Assembly: GCA_037447435.1 (NCBI GenBank)
Contig: JBBIGR010000046.1
Coordinates: 1 to 39,395, forward strand
Source of the DNA: Fibrobacteria bacterium
GTDB taxonomy: Bacteria > Fibrobacterota > Chitinivibrionia > Chitinivibrionales > FEN-1185
DNA: 39,395 nucleotides
Direction: 5' to 3'
Below are positions 34,828-39,395 of this stretch, one piece after another. The notes under the pieces are model-generated. The model ran no database searches and was not told where the DNA came from. It saw nothing but the letters and a program-made list of their open reading frames with translations. Made by a program: the position numbers and the translations under genes. Each line of letters starts with the position of its first letter. Within the stretch, counting starts at the first letter, position 1.

Positions 34828-36969
34828 ATGGATTTCAGAAAAATTCTGGTCATTTTGGCGTTCATATCGACTGGCGCATTCTCACATGAGAACAGTGAGA
34901 TTCCCTTAATCAATAAAGACTTGCCTGATACGACAGTGGAAATACACCATGATAGCATCAAAGACTCAAATGCCTCAGCGACACGGAAGGCGGCAATCGA
35001 TCTGGACACCATGACGGTAATCGGGCATTACCTGAACAGGATAGGGAGCGCAAGCGCGGCAAGCAGTGGGACATATACCAGCCAACTCCTTGAAGATCGT
35101 CCGATACTTCGTCCCGGCGAAGTTGAAGAACTGGTTCCGGGTCTCATTGTCACGCAGCACAGTGGTGCCGGCAAAGCTAATCAGTTTTTGCTGCGCGGCT
35201 TCAATCTCGATCATGGTACCGACTTCGCAACCTCGGTTGACGGCATTCCGGTAAATCTGCCGACGCAAGGACATGGACAAGGTTATAACGACCTCAATTT
35301 TATCATTCCCGAACTAATCGATCATGCCGATTATTTCAAGGGAACGTACAACGCTTCGGAAGGCGATTTCTCTTCGGCGGGTGGAATTGACATTTTCTAC
35401 AAGCAATTTGGAGTCCCGTTTCTAACGGCAACAGTCGGCTCCTATGGTTACTACCGCTCCTTAGGTGCCGCATCCGGCGACCTGGCCGGAGGCAAAATCT
35501 TTCTCGGATTGGAGGCAATGCACCAGGACGGCCCCTTTGTTGTCCCTCAGGACTTCAATAAGTTCAACGGCATCTTGCGCTGGTCGCACCAACTCGGGAA
35601 CGGATTCTTTAGCATAGAGGCAATGGGATACTCCGGCGAATGGAACGCTACCAACCATATCCCGCAACGAGCCGTTGATAATGGCTCAATCTCCGTCTGG
35701 GGCACCGAGGATTCGAGCGACGGCGGAACATCGCACCGTTACAGTCTGTCCGCTTCCTGGAAAGGACAATGTGCGGGCGGGATGCTTTCGGCAAACGCTT
35801 ATGCCGTGAAATACGACATGGATATTTTTTCAAATTTCACCTATTTCCTTGACGACACCGTTAACGGCGATCAAATGTACCAGAAAGACAACCGATGGTT
35901 CTTTGGAACATCGGATCGCTGGACGCGGGAAGGCTCGGTTTTGGGTCTTCAGGAAAAATTGCGAATTGGACTCGACGCGCGTTGCGATCTGATTGATCCG
36001 GTTGCACTATTGCACACTGAACATCGGCGTGTGCTCGAATCCTGGGGTGTAGACAGCGTGACCGAGTCAAAAATCGAACCATGGGCGGATCTGGAAAGCA
36101 AACTGACGCCCTGGATGAAGCTTATGCTCGGCCTGAGAGGTGTCTACCTCGATGCCAAGATACGTTCCGACTACACGGAAAACTCAGGGAGCGCGGCAGC
36201 CGGAATTGTCTTGCCAAAGGCGACGCTGGTTCTGGGGCCGTGGGCGAAAACCGAGTTCTATGCCAATTACGGCGACGGCTACCACTCGAATGACGTTCGC
36301 GGCACCACCGCAATAATAAATGATAAGTCGGGTGATTCCGTTGACAAAGTAACGCTTCTTGTAAAATCGCGCGGATACGAGATTGGCGTTCGCAATGATA
36401 TTATCCCGGGTGTGCAAAGCTCCCTTGCTTTTTGGCTTCTGGATTTTAACTCCGAACTGGTCTGGGACGCCGACGAAGGAACCACGGATCCCTCGGCGCC
36501 ATCGCGTCGCATGGGTGTCGAGTGGAGCGAGCGTTGGCAACCGCTCACGTGGCTACTCTTTGACCTCGATGCTTCGTTCTCGCGTGCGCGGTTTATCAAC
36601 ACCGATACAAACGGACAGTATGTGCCTGAGGCAATTGAATCCGCAGTATCGGCAGGCGTCTCCATCCATAAGCTTGGACCGTGGTCGGCAAGCCTTTTCA
36701 TGCGCTACTTCGGCCCTCGTGCGCTTGTCCAGGACAACAGCGAGCGATCGCCGGCATCCACGCTCTTTAATGGCCAAATCGCCTGCGACCTCAATCGTAA
36801 CGTGCGGCTGACTCTTGATGTCTTGAATATTTTCAACGTACAAGTCAACGATATGGAATACTACTATGCGACTCGCCTCAAAGGGGAACCCTTCACGGGT
36901 GTCAATGACTTCGAAATCCATCCATCCGAGCCGTTGAGCTTTCGCCTCAGCTTGACGACGAGGTTCTAA
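34828..36969 (+). CDS. TonB-dependent receptor (candidate nickel/metal transporter)
   Basis: AGGAGG RBS, signal peptide, TonB-box-like DTMTVIG, plug QHSG.GKANQ..LRGFNLDHGTDF...HGQGY.DLNF.IPE, C-terminal F. Confidence 0.93.
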   Translation: MDFRKILVILAFISTGAFSHENSEIPLINKDLPDTTVEIHHDSIKDSNASATRKAAIDLDTMTVIGHYLNRIGSASAASSGTYTSQLLEDRPILRPGEVEELVPGLIVTQHSGAGKANQFLLRGFNLDHGTDFATSVDGIPVNLPTQGHGQGYNDLNFIIPELIDHADYFKGTYNASEGDFSSAGGIDIFYKQFGVPFLTATVGSYGYYRSLGAASGDLAGGKIFLGLEAMHQDGPFVVPQDFNKFNGILRWSHQLGNGFFSIEAMGYSGEWNATNHIPQRAVDNGSISVWGTEDSSDGGTSHRYSLSASWKGQCAGGMLSANAYAVKYDMDIFSNFTYFLDDTVNGDQMYQKDNRWFFGTSDRWTREGSVLGLQEKLRIGLDARCDLIDPVALLHTEHRRVLESWGVDSVTESKIEPWADLESKLTPWMKLMLGLRGVYLDAKIRSDYTENSGSAAAGIVLPKATLVLGPWAKTEFYANYGDGYHSNDVRGTTAIINDKSGDSVDKVTLLVKSRGYEIGVRNDIIPGVQSSLAFWLLDFNSELVWDADEGTTDPSAPSRRMGVEWSERWQPLTWLLFDLDASFSRARFINTDTNGQYVPEAIESAVSAGVSIHKLGPWSASLFMRYFGPRALVQDNSERSPASTLFNGQIACDLNRNVRLTLDVLNIFNVQVNDMEYYYATRLKGEPFTGVNDFEIHPSEPLSFRLSLTTRF

Positions 36970-37049
36970 CCGCGGCAGACGTTCGCAAGTTTTTGTTTTT
37001 ATCGGCAAAACGCCGAATTTATCTTCCCTATAGATAACGGTTCAACTAA

Positions 37050-39254
<2,205 letters not shown>

Positions 39255-39395
39255 ATAGTTCGGGAATCGAAAATCCTTTTATTTTCAACTAAGGCTGTGT
39301 TGGTCGAGCCCATCTCAGCCTATAAAAGAGGGGCGGCAACGTGGTCAAGTCCTAAAAAATGTTTACAGTTTTTTGTTTTTAATTGTGTGTATTGT

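Overview
Bacterial chromosomal segment, most likely from a Fibrobacterota member (Chitinivibrionia/Chitinispirillia-like). This is inferred from a TIGR02147-family gene coupled to a lipoprotein and from secreted glycanases carrying T9SS-like sorting domains. From left to right: (1) ~1-3960, a mostly AT-rich patchwork of small co-oriented stress/detox genes and gene scraps (DUF3465, two VOC proteins, an alpha/beta hydrolase, a PNPOx-like protein) resembling decayed gene cassettes; (2) a TIGR02147 - lipoprotein - secreted beta-helix enzyme operon, a secreted LRR protein, a leaderless all-beta small protein and a GH81 beta-1,3-glucanase; (3) purL-purQ-STAS and a multi-PAS hybrid kinase, followed by two genes punctuated by fragments of a palindromic repeat; (4) a GH55 glucanase with an internal sorting-like domain, an MltD-like lytic transglycosylase preceded by a REP/terminator structure, and housekeeping genes; (5) HDOD and HD-GYP signalling genes; (6) a TonB-dependent receptor with a perfect NikR-type operator, then katG. 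Both window ends look like possible IS termini. I saw no rRNA, tRNA, CRISPR array, integrase or transposase. All family calls come from motif recognition by eye, not from database searches.
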